Assembly (NCBI GenBank): GCA_964474445.1
Contig: CAYYSJ010000006.1
Coordinates: forward strand, 14,213-78,212
Length of the DNA stretch: 64,000 nucleotides
Direction: 5' to 3'
Source: an uncultured Gammaproteobacteria bacterium
GTDB taxonomy: Bacteria > Patescibacteriota > Microgenomatia > Levybacterales > UBA12049
The position numbers and the translations under genes are program-made. This document shows positions 34,736 to 47,717 of this stretch, piece after piece. Every line of letters starts with the position of its first letter. The first letter of the stretch is position 1. The notes under the pieces are model-generated. The model saw only the letters and a list, made by a program, of their open reading frames with translations, had not been told where the DNA came from and did not search any database.

Positions 34736-36892
34736 ATGGATAAAACATACGATCATACAAAAGTTGAGGAAAAGACTTATGAGTTGTGGGAAAAGGGAGG
34801 GTATTTTAAACCTGAGGTTAATCCAAACGGAAAACCGTTTAGTATTGTTTTACCCCCACCTAATGTAACAGGAACCCTCCATATTGGCCATGCTCTCATG
34901 TTGGTTATTGAAGATATCCTTGTACGATACCACCGCATGAAAGGGGATAAAGCACTGTGGCTTCCAGGAACAGATCATGCTGCGATTGCTACCCAATCAA
35001 AGGTAGAAGCCTTAATTTATAAGGCAGAGGAAAAAACTCGTTTTGATTTGGGTCGTGAAGCATTCTTAAAGCGTGTTGAACAATTTGCACAAGAGAGTCA
35101 CGACACCATAGAACATCAGATACGAAAAATGGGTGCTTCTGTTGATTGGGATAGAGAAGCATATACCCTTGATACCGCAAGAAATTTGGCTGTTCGAAAA
35201 GCCTTTGTGAGTATGTATGAAGATGGACTTATTTATCGAGGAGAGACAATTGTTAACTGGGACCCAAAATTACAAACAACAGTGTCAGACGATGAAATAG
35301 AATGGGTAGAAGAACAAGGACAATTCTATTACCTTCAATATGGTCCTTTTATGATTGGTACTGCACGTCCTGAGACGAAATTCGGTGACAAATATGTTGT
35401 CATGCATCCTGAGGACAAGAGATATAAAGACTATCATGAGGGAGATACGTTTGAGCTAGAGTGGATAAATGGAAAAGTAACGGCAACAGTTATTAAAGAT
35501 TCCATTGTTGACATGGAATTTGGAACAGGAGTTATGACAATTACTCCTTGGCATGATAAAACAGATTTTGAAATTGCAAAACGCCATAATCTTCCGGTTG
35601 AGCAAGTAATTGATTTTAATGGAAAATTGTTGCCAATTGCGGGGGAGTTTGCAGGAATGCATATTAAAAAAGTGCGTCCCCTTCTTGTTGAAAAGCTTAA
35701 ACAAAAAGGATTATTAGTAAAAACAGATGAAAGTTACACTCACCGTTTAGCAACCAACTATCGAGGCGGAGGTGTGATTGAACCCCAAGTGAAAAAACAA
35801 TGGCTTGTTGATGTAAACCGAGAATTTGTGCTTAAGCACTCAGAGATAGAGGGTATCCCTAGTGGGAGCGTTGTTACTCTTAAAAAACTTATGAAACAAG
35901 TTATTGAGACAAAACAGATTACGATTAACCCTTCAAACTTTGTCAAAACCTATTATCATTGGATAGACAATCTCCGTGATTGGTGTATTTCGCGCCAAAT
36001 TTGGTACGGGCATAGGATCCCCGTTTGGTATAAAGGAGAAGATATGTATGTGGGCATCGATGCACCAGCAGGGGAAGGTTGGGAACAGGACTCAGACACT
36101 CTTGATACGTGGTTTTCATCAGGGCTTTGGACATTTTCAACTCTAGGATGGCCACAGGATACAGAAGATTTACGAACATTCCATCCGACAAGTGTCTTAG
36201 AAACTGGCTATGATATTTTATTCTTCTGGGTTGCACGAATGATTCTTATGACGACGTACCTGTTAGGCCAAGTGCCGTTTAAGCAAGTGCTTCTCCATGG
36301 TTTAGTGCGAGATGCAAATAGACAAAAAATGAGTAAATCAAAAGGAAATGTTATCGATCCTTTAGATGTGGCTTCTTTATATGGAACAGATGCCCTTCGT
36401 ATTGCTCTTGTTTTTTCAACTGCTGCTGGGAATGATATTCCCATGTCTGAAGATAAAGTAAGAGGAATGAAGTTCTTTACAAATAAAGTATGGAATATGG
36501 CACGATTTATCGAAATGAAAAAACCAGAAGGTATGGAAAGTGTGCAAGAAATGACTCTGCACGAGTTACGTAAGATGGCTCTCTCACAACCTGATAAAGA
36601 CATGATAGACGCTGTCGAAAGAATGGCAGCAACCATTACGCAAGATATTGAGAACTTTCGCTTACATGAGGCAGCTCAAGAACTCTATCAATTTACGTGG
36701 CATATTTTTGCGGATAAGTACATTGAAGATGTAAAAAATAGAGTTGATGAAAATTCATACACTGTTTTGAAGAATTTGTTTTTAACACTGATAACCCTGC
36801 TCCACCCTTTTATGCCATTTGTAACTGAGGAGATTTATAGCAAGATAGGGGATAATAATATGCCGCTTATTGTAACTTCCTGGCCAAAATAG
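34736..36892 (+). CDS. valS: Valine--tRNA ligase (compact form lacking the C-terminal coiled-coil)
   Basis: PPPNVTGTLHIGHAL (HIGH) and KMSKSKGN (KMSKS); 718 aa. Confidence 0.85.
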   Translation: MDKTYDHTKVEEKTYELWEKGGYFKPEVNPNGKPFSIVLPPPNVTGTLHIGHALMLVIEDILVRYHRMKGDKALWLPGTDHAAIATQSKVEALIYKAEEKTRFDLGREAFLKRVEQFAQESHDTIEHQIRKMGASVDWDREAYTLDTARNLAVRKAFVSMYEDGLIYRGETIVNWDPKLQTTVSDDEIEWVEEQGQFYYLQYGPFMIGTARPETKFGDKYVVMHPEDKRYKDYHEGDTFELEWINGKVTATVIKDSIVDMEFGTGVMTITPWHDKTDFEIAKRHNLPVEQVIDFNGKLLPIAGEFAGMHIKKVRPLLVEKLKQKGLLVKTDESYTHRLATNYRGGGVIEPQVKKQWLVDVNREFVLKHSEIEGIPSGSVVTLKKLMKQVIETKQITINPSNFVKTYYHWIDNLRDWCISRQIWYGHRIPVWYKGEDMYVGIDAPAGEGWEQDSDTLDTWFSSGLWTFSTLGWPQDTEDLRTFHPTSVLETGYDILFFWVARMILMTTYLLGQVPFKQVLLHGLVRDANRQKMSKSKGNVIDPLDVASLYGTDALRIALVFSTAAGNDIPMSEDKVRGMKFFTNKVWNMARFIEMKKPEGMESVQEMTLHELRKMALSQPDKDMIDAVERMAATITQDIENFRLHEAAQELYQFTWHIFADKYIEDVKNRVDENSYTVLKNLFLTLITLLHPFMPFVTEEIYSKIGDNNMPLIVTSWPK

Positions 36893-36972
36893 ATGACAAG
36901 TAGTAAGTACTTTATTTCTTGAGAGTTAATAGAAACCTCCCTAAGCATTACTAAATACGCTACAATACTTCT

Positions 36973-37473
36973 ATGGTTAAAAAGGAACTTCCAAAGCGTG
37001 TTTTTAAAAGAGGGAAAAAACCGCTCGGTAAAACATCGGGGAAAGTTCGGGAAAAGAAAGAGAAAATTCTTGCACAGGAGATAAAGGAGTCGAAGTTTGT
37101 CTTTGAATTCCCGAATATTCACCTATTTTTTGCCGAAAGCAAAAAACAACTACGATCCATTTCTGGAGTACGTTATGGCTGGATCATTGTCATTGCTGCT
37201 GGAATCTTGTTGTGTCTTTGGCAATTGTGGGTATTTGTTAGTATCTCTCCTCAATTTTTCCATCTCATATCAGAGAGAACAATGCTTGAAGCCCAATTAC
37301 ATACATGGGAAAGTCTTGGAAATCGTTATACAAGCTACCGAGATGCACATTTTGAGTCTGCACTCTTGGCATATAGGTTAGGGAAGAAGGATGTCATGGA
37401 TGAAGAGCTAAAAAAGGTTTTAGAAATAGATCCAAATTTTGCGCTGGTACAACAATTGCAAAAAGAAAAGTAA
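36973..37473 (+). CDS. Hypothetical membrane protein with basic N-terminus and TPR-like C-terminus
   Basis: TM GWIIVIAAGILLCLWQLWVFVSI; C-terminal ...ALLAYRLGKKDVMDEELKKVLEIDPNFA. Confidence 0.4.
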   Translation: MVKKELPKRVFKRGKKPLGKTSGKVREKKEKILAQEIKESKFVFEFPNIHLFFAESKKQLRSISGVRYGWIIVIAAGILLCLWQLWVFVSISPQFFHLISERTMLEAQLHTWESLGNRYTSYRDAHFESALLAYRLGKKDVMDEELKKVLEIDPNFALVQQLQKEK

Positions 37474-37490
37474 TTTGATTGGGGTAACTG

Positions 37491-38168
37491 TTATTCTGCT
37501 GGCGTTTCTGCTCCCTCTGTTGGGGCTTCTCCACCTTCTGCTGGTGCTTCGCCTTCGCCACTTACTGCTTCTGCTGCAGCTGCTTCTTCGGCTGCCTGTT
37601 CTTCAGCTTCATGACTGACAAGTTCTGCAATTCGTGCAACTTCATGTTCACCATCTGTAACAATGCTAACTCCTGCTGGGGTTTTCAAATCTGCAACCTT
37701 AATACTATCTCCAACTTGTGCTAGATGAGTGACATCAGCTTCTATCTTTTCAGGAAGATCTGTTGGTAATGCTTCAACTTCAACTTCATTCAATGAATGC
37801 ATAAGAAGTCCAAGCTTTTCTGTAACTGCTTGTGGCTCTCCAACTAAAACTACTGGAACAACTGCTTTTACTTTTTCCTTCAAGTTCACTTTATAAAAAT
37901 CAACGTGCAATAAATCGTGGTTAATATGATCATACGTTACTTCATGAACCAGTGTTGGAATTGCTTTTCCATCTATTGTCAACTCAACAACTCCTGAATG
38001 GCCTGCTTTCTCAAAGACATCTGAAAATACTTTCGTAGGCATTTGGACAGCAACAGATGCAAAATCATGTCCATAAATATTTCCTGGGAGAGTTCCTTCT
38101 TTTCGAAGGTTTTTTACTTTTTTGCCAAAGATTTCTCGCTTTGTGACAGAAAGTGTATGCTTTTGCAT
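37491..38168 (-). CDS. rplY: 50S ribosomal protein L25 / general stress protein Ctc
   Basis: MQKHTLSVTKREIFGKKVKNLRKEGTLPGNIYG...; acidic A/E-rich C-terminal extension. Confidence 0.8.
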   Translation of the reverse strand: MQKHTLSVTKREIFGKKVKNLRKEGTLPGNIYGHDFASVAVQMPTKVFSDVFEKAGHSGVVELTIDGKAIPTLVHEVTYDHINHDLLHVDFYKVNLKEKVKAVVPVVLVGEPQAVTEKLGLLMHSLNEVEVEALPTDLPEKIEADVTHLAQVGDSIKVADLKTPAGVSIVTDGEHEVARIAELVSHEAEEQAAEEAAAAEAVSGEGEAPAEGGEAPTEGAETPAE

Positions 38169-38213
38169 AGAGCTATTATACAGAAACCTTTTCCTATATG
38201 CAAATCGATTGTA

Positions 38214-38258
38214 GGTTCATAGTTCTTGGTTCATAGAAAGGGGTGTGGTACTATGAAC
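38214..38258. promoter_or_regulatory. Repeat element in the divergent rplY/ruvC promoter region
   Basis: GGTTCATAG at 38214-38222 and 38228-38236; inverted copy CTATGAAC at 38251-38258. Confidence 0.35.
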
Positions 38259-38273
38259 AATGTGTAAACTATT

Positions 38274-38753
38274 ATGCGTATTCTTGGTATTGATCCTGGT
38301 ATTGGAAGAATGGGATGGGGAATTATAGAAAAGATGCACGGAGCATCGTTTACCGTTCATGGGTACGGATGTGTGGAGACAGAACCTAATTCCGATGTTC
38401 CAGGACGATTATACGCAATTTATGATGAAGTCTGTCGGATAATTGATGAATATCAACCCGAAACGTTAGCTATTGAGGATTTGTTTTTTGCTAAAAATGT
38501 TAAAACAGCATTTACTGTCGGACAAGCACGAGGTGTTATTCTCCTTGCTGCATCACAAAAAAACCTTAATGTTGTTGTCTACACACCATTGCAAGTAAAA
38601 AGTGCTATCACAGGATATGGGAAGGCTGAGAAAAAGCAGGTTGGGCAAATGGTCAAGGTTCTTCTTCACTTGAAAGAAATTCCCAAACCTGATGATACAG
38701 CTGATGCATTGGCAATTGCATTAACCTATGCTGTCATGCAGAAATATGCATAA
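38274..38753 (+). CDS. ruvC: Holliday junction resolvase RuvC
   Basis: MRILGIDPGIGRMGWGIIE ... catalytic D/E pattern; 159 aa. Confidence 0.85.
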   Translation: MRILGIDPGIGRMGWGIIEKMHGASFTVHGYGCVETEPNSDVPGRLYAIYDEVCRIIDEYQPETLAIEDLFFAKNVKTAFTVGQARGVILLAASQKNLNVVVYTPLQVKSAITGYGKAEKKQVGQMVKVLLHLKEIPKPDDTADALAIALTYAVMQKYA

Positions 38754-39291
38754 CATCGTTATTACTATTGGTTTTTGTCTTTTAGTGATACGAAGCGTGT
38801 ACTGGGTCTATGCAGTATGGGAAAAAGGAAATCCAGGAGGGAACGTGTTGGTAGGACAGTTAGGCGAACTTTTCCTTCTCCTTTTTCTTTTTACGCAGGT
38901 GAGCGGTCTTCGTGTCCTGCCAATGCCTTTTTCTCCCGTAACATTCTGGATAGGTTTTCTCTTCACGGTTGGAGGTGCTGGGATGAGTTTTATGGGCAAG
39001 GGGCAATTGGGGAGTAGTTGGCACTATGCAGGGGGCGTGAAAGAGACAAAAAAGCTTGTGATAACAGGACTGTACAAATACGTTCGTCATCCAATTTATG
39101 GAGGATATATTCTCTCATTTGTGGGAATTGAGTTGCTTCTCGGAAGCTACTTATGGGTTTCTTTCTTGGGGCTTTTTATTCCATTCTTATTGCAAATTCA
39201 CAAGGAAGAAGTATCTTTGGAAAAACGATTTGGGATTTTGTATAAGGAATATAAAAGAAAAACAAAATCTGTTATTCCATTTATTTGGTAA
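38728..39291 (+). CDS. Isoprenylcysteine carboxyl methyltransferase (ICMT/PEMT) family membrane methyltransferase
   Basis: GLYKYVRHPIYGGYILSFVG matches the RHPxY-hydrophobic-E family motif; 4-5 TM helices; overlaps the ruvC 3-prime end, start uncertain. Confidence 0.6.
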   Translation: MLSCRNMHNIVITIGFCLLVIRSVYWVYAVWEKGNPGGNVLVGQLGELFLLLFLFTQVSGLRVLPMPFSPVTFWIGFLFTVGGAGMSFMGKGQLGSSWHYAGGVKETKKLVITGLYKYVRHPIYGGYILSFVGIELLLGSYLWVSFLGLFIPFLLQIHKEEVSLEKRFGILYKEYKRKTKSVIPFIW

Positions 39292-39340
39292 TACGTACAA
39301 TACTTACTGCAGGCTGTGTTATAATCAACTAACTTCACGT

Positions 39341-39910
39341 ATGATTGGGCTTCTTAAAGGAATATTGTTGCTTCGTAATGACCCCTATGTCGTGGTAGAC
39401 GTGCATGGTGTTGGTTATAAGGTTTGTGCAAGTCCTGATTTTCTTTCGAAATATCATATTGGAGATACCATAACGTTATTTATTCATACCCATGTTCGAG
39501 AAGATGCACTTGAATTGTTCGGCTTTACAGATCAGGCACATCTTGAGTTATTTGAGCTTTTAATTAGTGTGAGTGGTATTGGGCCAAAAACAGCAATTGG
39601 AGTATTCGGTATTGGAGGGAAGGACCAAATTATTGGAGCAATTCGAAAAGCAGACGTTGATTTTTTCACTGGAGTACCCAGACTTGGAAAGAAAAATGCA
39701 CAGAAAATTATCATAGAACTTAAAAATAAGATTGGGGCAGTGGAAGAGCTGGACTTAGCAGGAGAAAGAGATGTTGATGAAGTTGTTTCTGCTCTTACTT
39801 CTTTTGGATTCTCAGAAGCAGAAGCAAAAGCGGCGTTAAGACAAATTGGAGAAACTGATGCAAGTGTTTCTGAAAAAGTGCGCTTAGCATTAAAGTACTT
39901 AGGCAAATAA
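39341..39910 (+). CDS. ruvA: Holliday junction branch migration protein RuvA
   Basis: MIGLLKGILLLRNDPYVVVDVHGVGYKV...; HhH LISVSGIGPKTAIGVFG; ATG 39341 chosen over the longer track ORF. Confidence 0.85.
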   Translation: MIGLLKGILLLRNDPYVVVDVHGVGYKVCASPDFLSKYHIGDTITLFIHTHVREDALELFGFTDQAHLELFELLISVSGIGPKTAIGVFGIGGKDQIIGAIRKADVDFFTGVPRLGKKNAQKIIIELKNKIGAVEELDLAGERDVDEVVSALTSFGFSEAEAKAALRQIGETDASVSEKVRLALKYLGK

Positions 39911-39935
39911 ACAGACTCAGTGACGGAATACATGT

Positions 39936-40958
39936 ATGAATAATGGTAAAGATGAATTTTTAGAGAGTTCTCCTGAAGAGGAAAAGCTGTTCACTAATTT
40001 GCGGGCAAGCGATTGGTCTGAGTTCTATGGACAAGATACTGTTAAGGAAGCATTACAAATTGCTATTGCTGCAGCCAAAAAACGAGAAGAGGCTCTTGAG
40101 CACGTTCTTCTCTATGGTCCTCCTGGTCTTGGAAAAACAACGCTTTCTCATTTAATAACAAAAGAAATGGGAGCTCATATACGAATTACGTCTGGTCCGG
40201 CAATTGAACGGGCTGGAGATTTAGCGTCAATTCTTACAAATTTAGAAAAAGGGGATATTCTTTTTATTGATGAAATTCATCGACTAAACAAAGTTGTGGA
40301 AGAAATTTTATATCCCGCAATGGAGGATTATGCATTGGATATTGTCATAGGAAAAGGTCCAGCTGCACGGACTATCCGGCTTGACTTACAACCTTTTACA
40401 ATAATCGGGGCAACAACGAAAGTAGGAAGTTTATCTGCACCACTTCGAGATAGGTTTGGGCATATTCATCGGCTTGATTTTTATGCGCCAGAACAACTAG
40501 AAAAAATTATAGCGAAAGCTGCAGAGAAAATGACAATTGAGATAGATGCGGAAAGTGTGTTGGAAATTGCTCGTAGGTCGCGAGGAACGCCTCGTATTGC
40601 ATTGAAATTGCTCAAACGCGCACGGGATTTTGCACAAGTAAAAGGGAAGGGTCGTGTTGTACCGTCTCTAACGCATGAAGTAATGGCGATGTTGGAGATA
40701 GATGATGTAGGACTCGATAAATCAGATATCCGCTTTCTTAGGGCCATTGTAGAGCACCACAATGGGGGTCCAGTAGGCGTTGAAACATTGGCGGCAACAC
40801 TCTCAGAAGATGCGAATACCATTGAGGAAGTTATTGAACCATTCTTATTACAACGTGGGCTATTGAAAAAAACGGCACGGGGTCGTATTGCAACAGAACT
40901 TGCTTACAAACACTTAGGGAAAGCGTTTGATAAAGAAAAACAAGGACAACTACTGTAA
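39936..40958 (+). CDS. ruvB: Holliday junction branch migration helicase RuvB
   Basis: Walker A LLYGPPGLGKTTLSHLI, Walker B ILFIDEIHRL, sensor SRGTPRIA. Confidence 0.9.
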   Translation: MNNGKDEFLESSPEEEKLFTNLRASDWSEFYGQDTVKEALQIAIAAAKKREEALEHVLLYGPPGLGKTTLSHLITKEMGAHIRITSGPAIERAGDLASILTNLEKGDILFIDEIHRLNKVVEEILYPAMEDYALDIVIGKGPAARTIRLDLQPFTIIGATTKVGSLSAPLRDRFGHIHRLDFYAPEQLEKIIAKAAEKMTIEIDAESVLEIARRSRGTPRIALKLLKRARDFAQVKGKGRVVPSLTHEVMAMLEIDDVGLDKSDIRFLRAIVEHHNGGPVGVETLAATLSEDANTIEEVIEPFLLQRGLLKKTARGRIATELAYKHLGKAFDKEKQGQLL

Positions 40959-40983
40959 CCTCATCAACTGTATAAACATTTCT

Positions 40984-41624
40984 GTGGATATCTGTTCTAT
41001 CCAACAATATCTCTGAAAGCTTTTTGTTATATCTGGTAACTCAATAGATTCTTTCGTCAAGCATGGACGTTATCCCCAAGATATCCACATGATACGTATT
41101 CTCTAGAGCAAGAATATGGACTTTACAAGAAAGGTAATCAATTCATAAGATTTGTGAAAGAACTGTCTGTCAATGGTTGCAGTAATGACCCCACAACTGT
41201 TTAAGAAAATTCTGGAAGTTTATTGAGAAACAAAGCTCTCCTATGAGCTAAAGCCGTTTCTTCTGGGTTGGAGTATGTTTCAATATCCATAAGATGTTGA
41301 AATGGGGAGTTTTTTCCCCTTAACCATCAGAATTGAGGCTAGAGATACTAGATGTGTTGGTAGTTTTGCATACCTGGAAAAAGGTTAATGTTTAAAGAAC
41401 TGCAACGTTGTTTGTGCAACTCATTTTGGAGAACTTTTAAAAATGAGAGTATGAGAGAAGGCTATTGGAGTTCCTAACGTTCTTTTTATTTTTTCCGATT
41501 TTGTCTAGTTTCCTGTCATAATCAAAGTAAACAATGATAAAGAATAGAACAATTGGATTGTAAGGGAAAGACGTTATTGGTTTTTGTATTTCCCTCCACA
41601 TAGAATATCCACAAGTTATCCACA
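40984..41624. promoter_or_regulatory. Cluster of five or more DnaA-box-like 9-mers in an 890-bp non-coding gap
   Basis: TGTGGATAT 40984-40992; TTATCCCCA 41070-41078; ATATCCACA 41081-41089; ATATCCACA 41605-41613; perfect TTATCCACA 41616-41624; AT-rich surroundings; no credible ORF. Confidence 0.5.
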
Positions 41625-41848
41625 GGAAAAAAGTAAATCTTTTTTATGAAAAATCTCCGCCGCATTTTTGAGAGCAAAAAAGCTTTTGTAGTATATCTTA
41701 AAATACATGTGTAAAAACCTGTATATGCTTAAAAAGCACACTGCATTACGAAGGCTGTATTACAGAATTTTTATGATTTTCTTTCAATGTGTCAATATAA
41801 ATCTTACGTTCTTCTTGCACAGCATTTATAGCATAAGTATTACTGCCT

Positions 41849-43009
41849 ATGTCTCAACAATCCCAAAATTATCTTTTGAAAAAAATTTCTAAGGCAGCTC
41901 TCCAGTTTTCAATACAGCTCACTCCAGATGAAACCTACAATACCATTATTTCCGAAGCTCTTTCTCTTGCAAAAGGAGATGAAGGAGTGGTTATTCTACA
42001 TAAACAAGACCATTTAGAACCTGTGTACACCAAGCCTGCAAGTAGTATGCGAGTAGAACCTCGGAAAGAAGGATTTGCATATAAAGCTTTAGAAACAGGA
42101 AAAGCATTCCTTGTGCATGATACAATTTTTGGAGAAATCCACCCCGAACTTGCAGCAAAAATAAAAAGCTCATTGTTTATTCCTCTTTCTTATGAATCAA
42201 CGCACATTGGGGTATTAGTGATTCGTTTTTATAAACACAAGAATCTTTCTCAGGAAGTATTAGATGCGTTAAATCTTTTTGGTTCAATAGCAAGCATGAA
42301 TATCCATAAAATGCAGTTGTATTCTGATTCTCAAAAAGCACTTATGATGAGAGATCTTTTTATTGCTCTCGCATCTCATGAGTTAAAGACTCCTTTAACA
42401 ACAATGACAATGTATGTGCAGCTATTTGAGTCACGTTTACAAATGGGAAGACCTCTCGAAGAAAAGTGGGTCAAAAACCTTTCTATGGAAACGACAAGAT
42501 TAGCTCATCTTGTCAATGAGCTTTTACAGCTGGATCAAATTGAGAAAGGGCACCTTCATTTTACACCCAAAACATGCAGCCTTAAAAGCATTATTGAGCG
42601 TGCAATAAATGATTTTCGACTTCTCCATTCAGAATATACGGTCTCTTTACTAGACAATACACATGGAAAAGATATGTTGGAATGCGATTATGACAAAATG
42701 CTACAAGTAGTTATCAATCTTTTAAATAATGCAGCAAAGTTCTCAGACCATCACAAGGAAATTCAGTTAAGCCTTGTTAGGAAAAAAAAGATGCTCTGTC
42801 TTCGTATTAAAGATAAAGGACAAGGCATTGCAACACGTGATTTACCAAAAGTCTTTGATCAATTTTATAAAGGGACTTCTCATAAAAAGGATGGGATGGG
42901 ACTGGGGCTTTTTCTGACAAAAAACATTATAGAAAATCACGGAGGGCAAATTTCTATTCACTCAGAACTGCATAAAGGAACTGCAGTGGAGGTACAACTA
43001 CCTATATGA
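41849..43009 (+). CDS. Sensor histidine kinase (GAF-like N-terminus, HisKA, HATPase_c)
   Basis: H-box ALASHELKTPLTTM; N-box LNNAAKFSD; G-boxes DKGQGIA and GMGLGLFLTKNIIENHGG. Confidence 0.8.
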   Translation: MSQQSQNYLLKKISKAALQFSIQLTPDETYNTIISEALSLAKGDEGVVILHKQDHLEPVYTKPASSMRVEPRKEGFAYKALETGKAFLVHDTIFGEIHPELAAKIKSSLFIPLSYESTHIGVLVIRFYKHKNLSQEVLDALNLFGSIASMNIHKMQLYSDSQKALMMRDLFIALASHELKTPLTTMTMYVQLFESRLQMGRPLEEKWVKNLSMETTRLAHLVNELLQLDQIEKGHLHFTPKTCSLKSIIERAINDFRLLHSEYTVSLLDNTHGKDMLECDYDKMLQVVINLLNNAAKFSDHHKEIQLSLVRKKKMLCLRIKDKGQGIATRDLPKVFDQFYKGTSHKKDGMGLGLFLTKNIIENHGGQISIHSELHKGTAVEVQLPI

Positions 43010-43068
43010 CGTTTGATGATAGTTCTCCTCCAAATAGAGAACACGTGAGGATGAGGAATGGTCCTGAA

Positions 43069-44481
43069 TTACGATTGTAATACATTATTAAGTTTCTTTA
43101 GGAAAAGGGCTGTGCTCTTTTTTGCAGTGCCTATATGTGTAGACGGATTGCAGAGTTGTTGCAATTGGCTTGGACTGAGATATTTTGTTATTTCAGGTTC
43201 ATTTTGCAAAAGAGCTAACAGTGAAGTTTCTTCTCCCTGGTCCTTAGCTTCCCAAACTTTCATACTCATATGTTTCAGTAACTCATGCATCTGCTGCCTG
43301 TTGGCACCCTTTTTTGTGATTGCCATCAGTATTGGCTCAACTCCAGAAAATTGACCATAGGTTGCAAGGTTCTTTTCAATGGCAGCCTGATTAATAAGGA
43401 GGTTATCGAGTAATCCTTGTACTGTGTGCAAGCACTCGTCAATTGTTAAAAATCCTTCAGGAAGAAAAATGCGCTGAGCAGCTGAATCATCAAGAGTTCT
43501 CTCTAGCAGAGCATTTGCAGGATTACTCCACGCGAGAGGGACTAGAGACGAAACATATCGGCAAAGAGAACATACTTTTTCTGCTTTATCAGGATTTCTT
43601 TTAAAGGGCATGGCCGAAGATCCAATTCGTTTAGAATTTCTTTTTTCAACCCATTCCCCAAAAGCAGGACTTTGCATAATGCGAAAATCAAAACAGAACT
43701 TATGTAAAGAGGCTGCTATATTGGATAGTGCTTCTACAATAAGCAAGTCAATTTTCCTGGGGTACGTTTGGGTAGCAATGTCTACTGCCTGTATTCCAAG
43801 CTCTTGTAAAATACTTTCTTCAAGCTGTTGTACTTTTTCTTCAGAACCAAGAAGTTGTGTATAACTTGCTGCAGTTCCTACTGCTCCCTTCATGCCTTTT
43901 CCTTGTAAAAAGGGTTCTATTTTTTCTAGGAATTGTAAGTCAATAAGCAGGTCTTGTGCATAAAATGCAAATCGATAGCCGAGAGTTGTTGGTTCAGCAG
44001 GCTGAAGATGGGTATACCCCATACATACGACGTTTTGATATTCTTTGATTTTTTCTACAAATGTTTTGAGAAGATTTCGGAGATTTCTCTTTGTTAAATT
44101 GAGTGCTTCATGAATTTGGATCATCTGAGCGTTATCTAAAATATCAGCACTGGTTGCTCCTAAATGGATTTTTCCTCCACCAATTGGTGCAATTTCTGCA
44201 AATGCTTTAATCTCAGACATTAATTCGTGATACACATCTTTTTCTATTTCCTTACTTCGTACGATATCAAGGTTTCCACTCTGTTTTTCTATGTCAAGAA
44301 ACTCATCTTTTGTAAGAAATCCTGCTTGGTACTCTGCTCGCGCAAGCTCAGTCCAGACTTTTCTCCACAGTTTTCGTCTATTCTCCTCCGACCAAATGGT
44401 TCGCATTTCCGAACTTCCGTAACGAGTAGTAAATGGGGAAAGATACGTAGAGTAATCAAAAGAGTTTTTCATGCTTGTCAT
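43069..44481 (-). CDS. purB: Adenylosuccinate lyase
   Basis: N-terminal YLSPFTTRYGSSEMRTIWSEE and fumarate-lyase signature GSSAMPFKRNP. Confidence 0.85.
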   Translation of the reverse strand: MTSMKNSFDYSTYLSPFTTRYGSSEMRTIWSEENRRKLWRKVWTELARAEYQAGFLTKDEFLDIEKQSGNLDIVRSKEIEKDVYHELMSEIKAFAEIAPIGGGKIHLGATSADILDNAQMIQIHEALNLTKRNLRNLLKTFVEKIKEYQNVVCMGYTHLQPAEPTTLGYRFAFYAQDLLIDLQFLEKIEPFLQGKGMKGAVGTAASYTQLLGSEEKVQQLEESILQELGIQAVDIATQTYPRKIDLLIVEALSNIAASLHKFCFDFRIMQSPAFGEWVEKRNSKRIGSSAMPFKRNPDKAEKVCSLCRYVSSLVPLAWSNPANALLERTLDDSAAQRIFLPEGFLTIDECLHTVQGLLDNLLINQAAIEKNLATYGQFSGVEPILMAITKKGANRQQMHELLKHMSMKVWEAKDQGEETSLLALLQNEPEITKYLSPSQLQQLCNPSTHIGTAKKSTALFLKKLNNVLQS

Positions 44482-44520
44482 TGATGCTCATGGCCTCTTA
44501 GTTTGCCAATAAACCATAAA

Positions 44521-47671
<3,151 letters not shown>

Positions 47672-47717
47672 TGGTGGGGTTCCCCTTTTAACCCATATTT
47701 GATACAATACGCATACT

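Noticed and set aside
38808-39090. Three overlapping 60-80-aa ORFs on both strands inside the ICMT-family gene
   Set aside because: Nested in a CDS that carries a clear family motif (RHPxY); translations are low-complexity.
41707-41892. 61-aa ORF inside the DnaA-box gap, running into the histidine kinase start
   Set aside because: AT-rich low-complexity translation that overlaps the kinase start; more likely non-coding.
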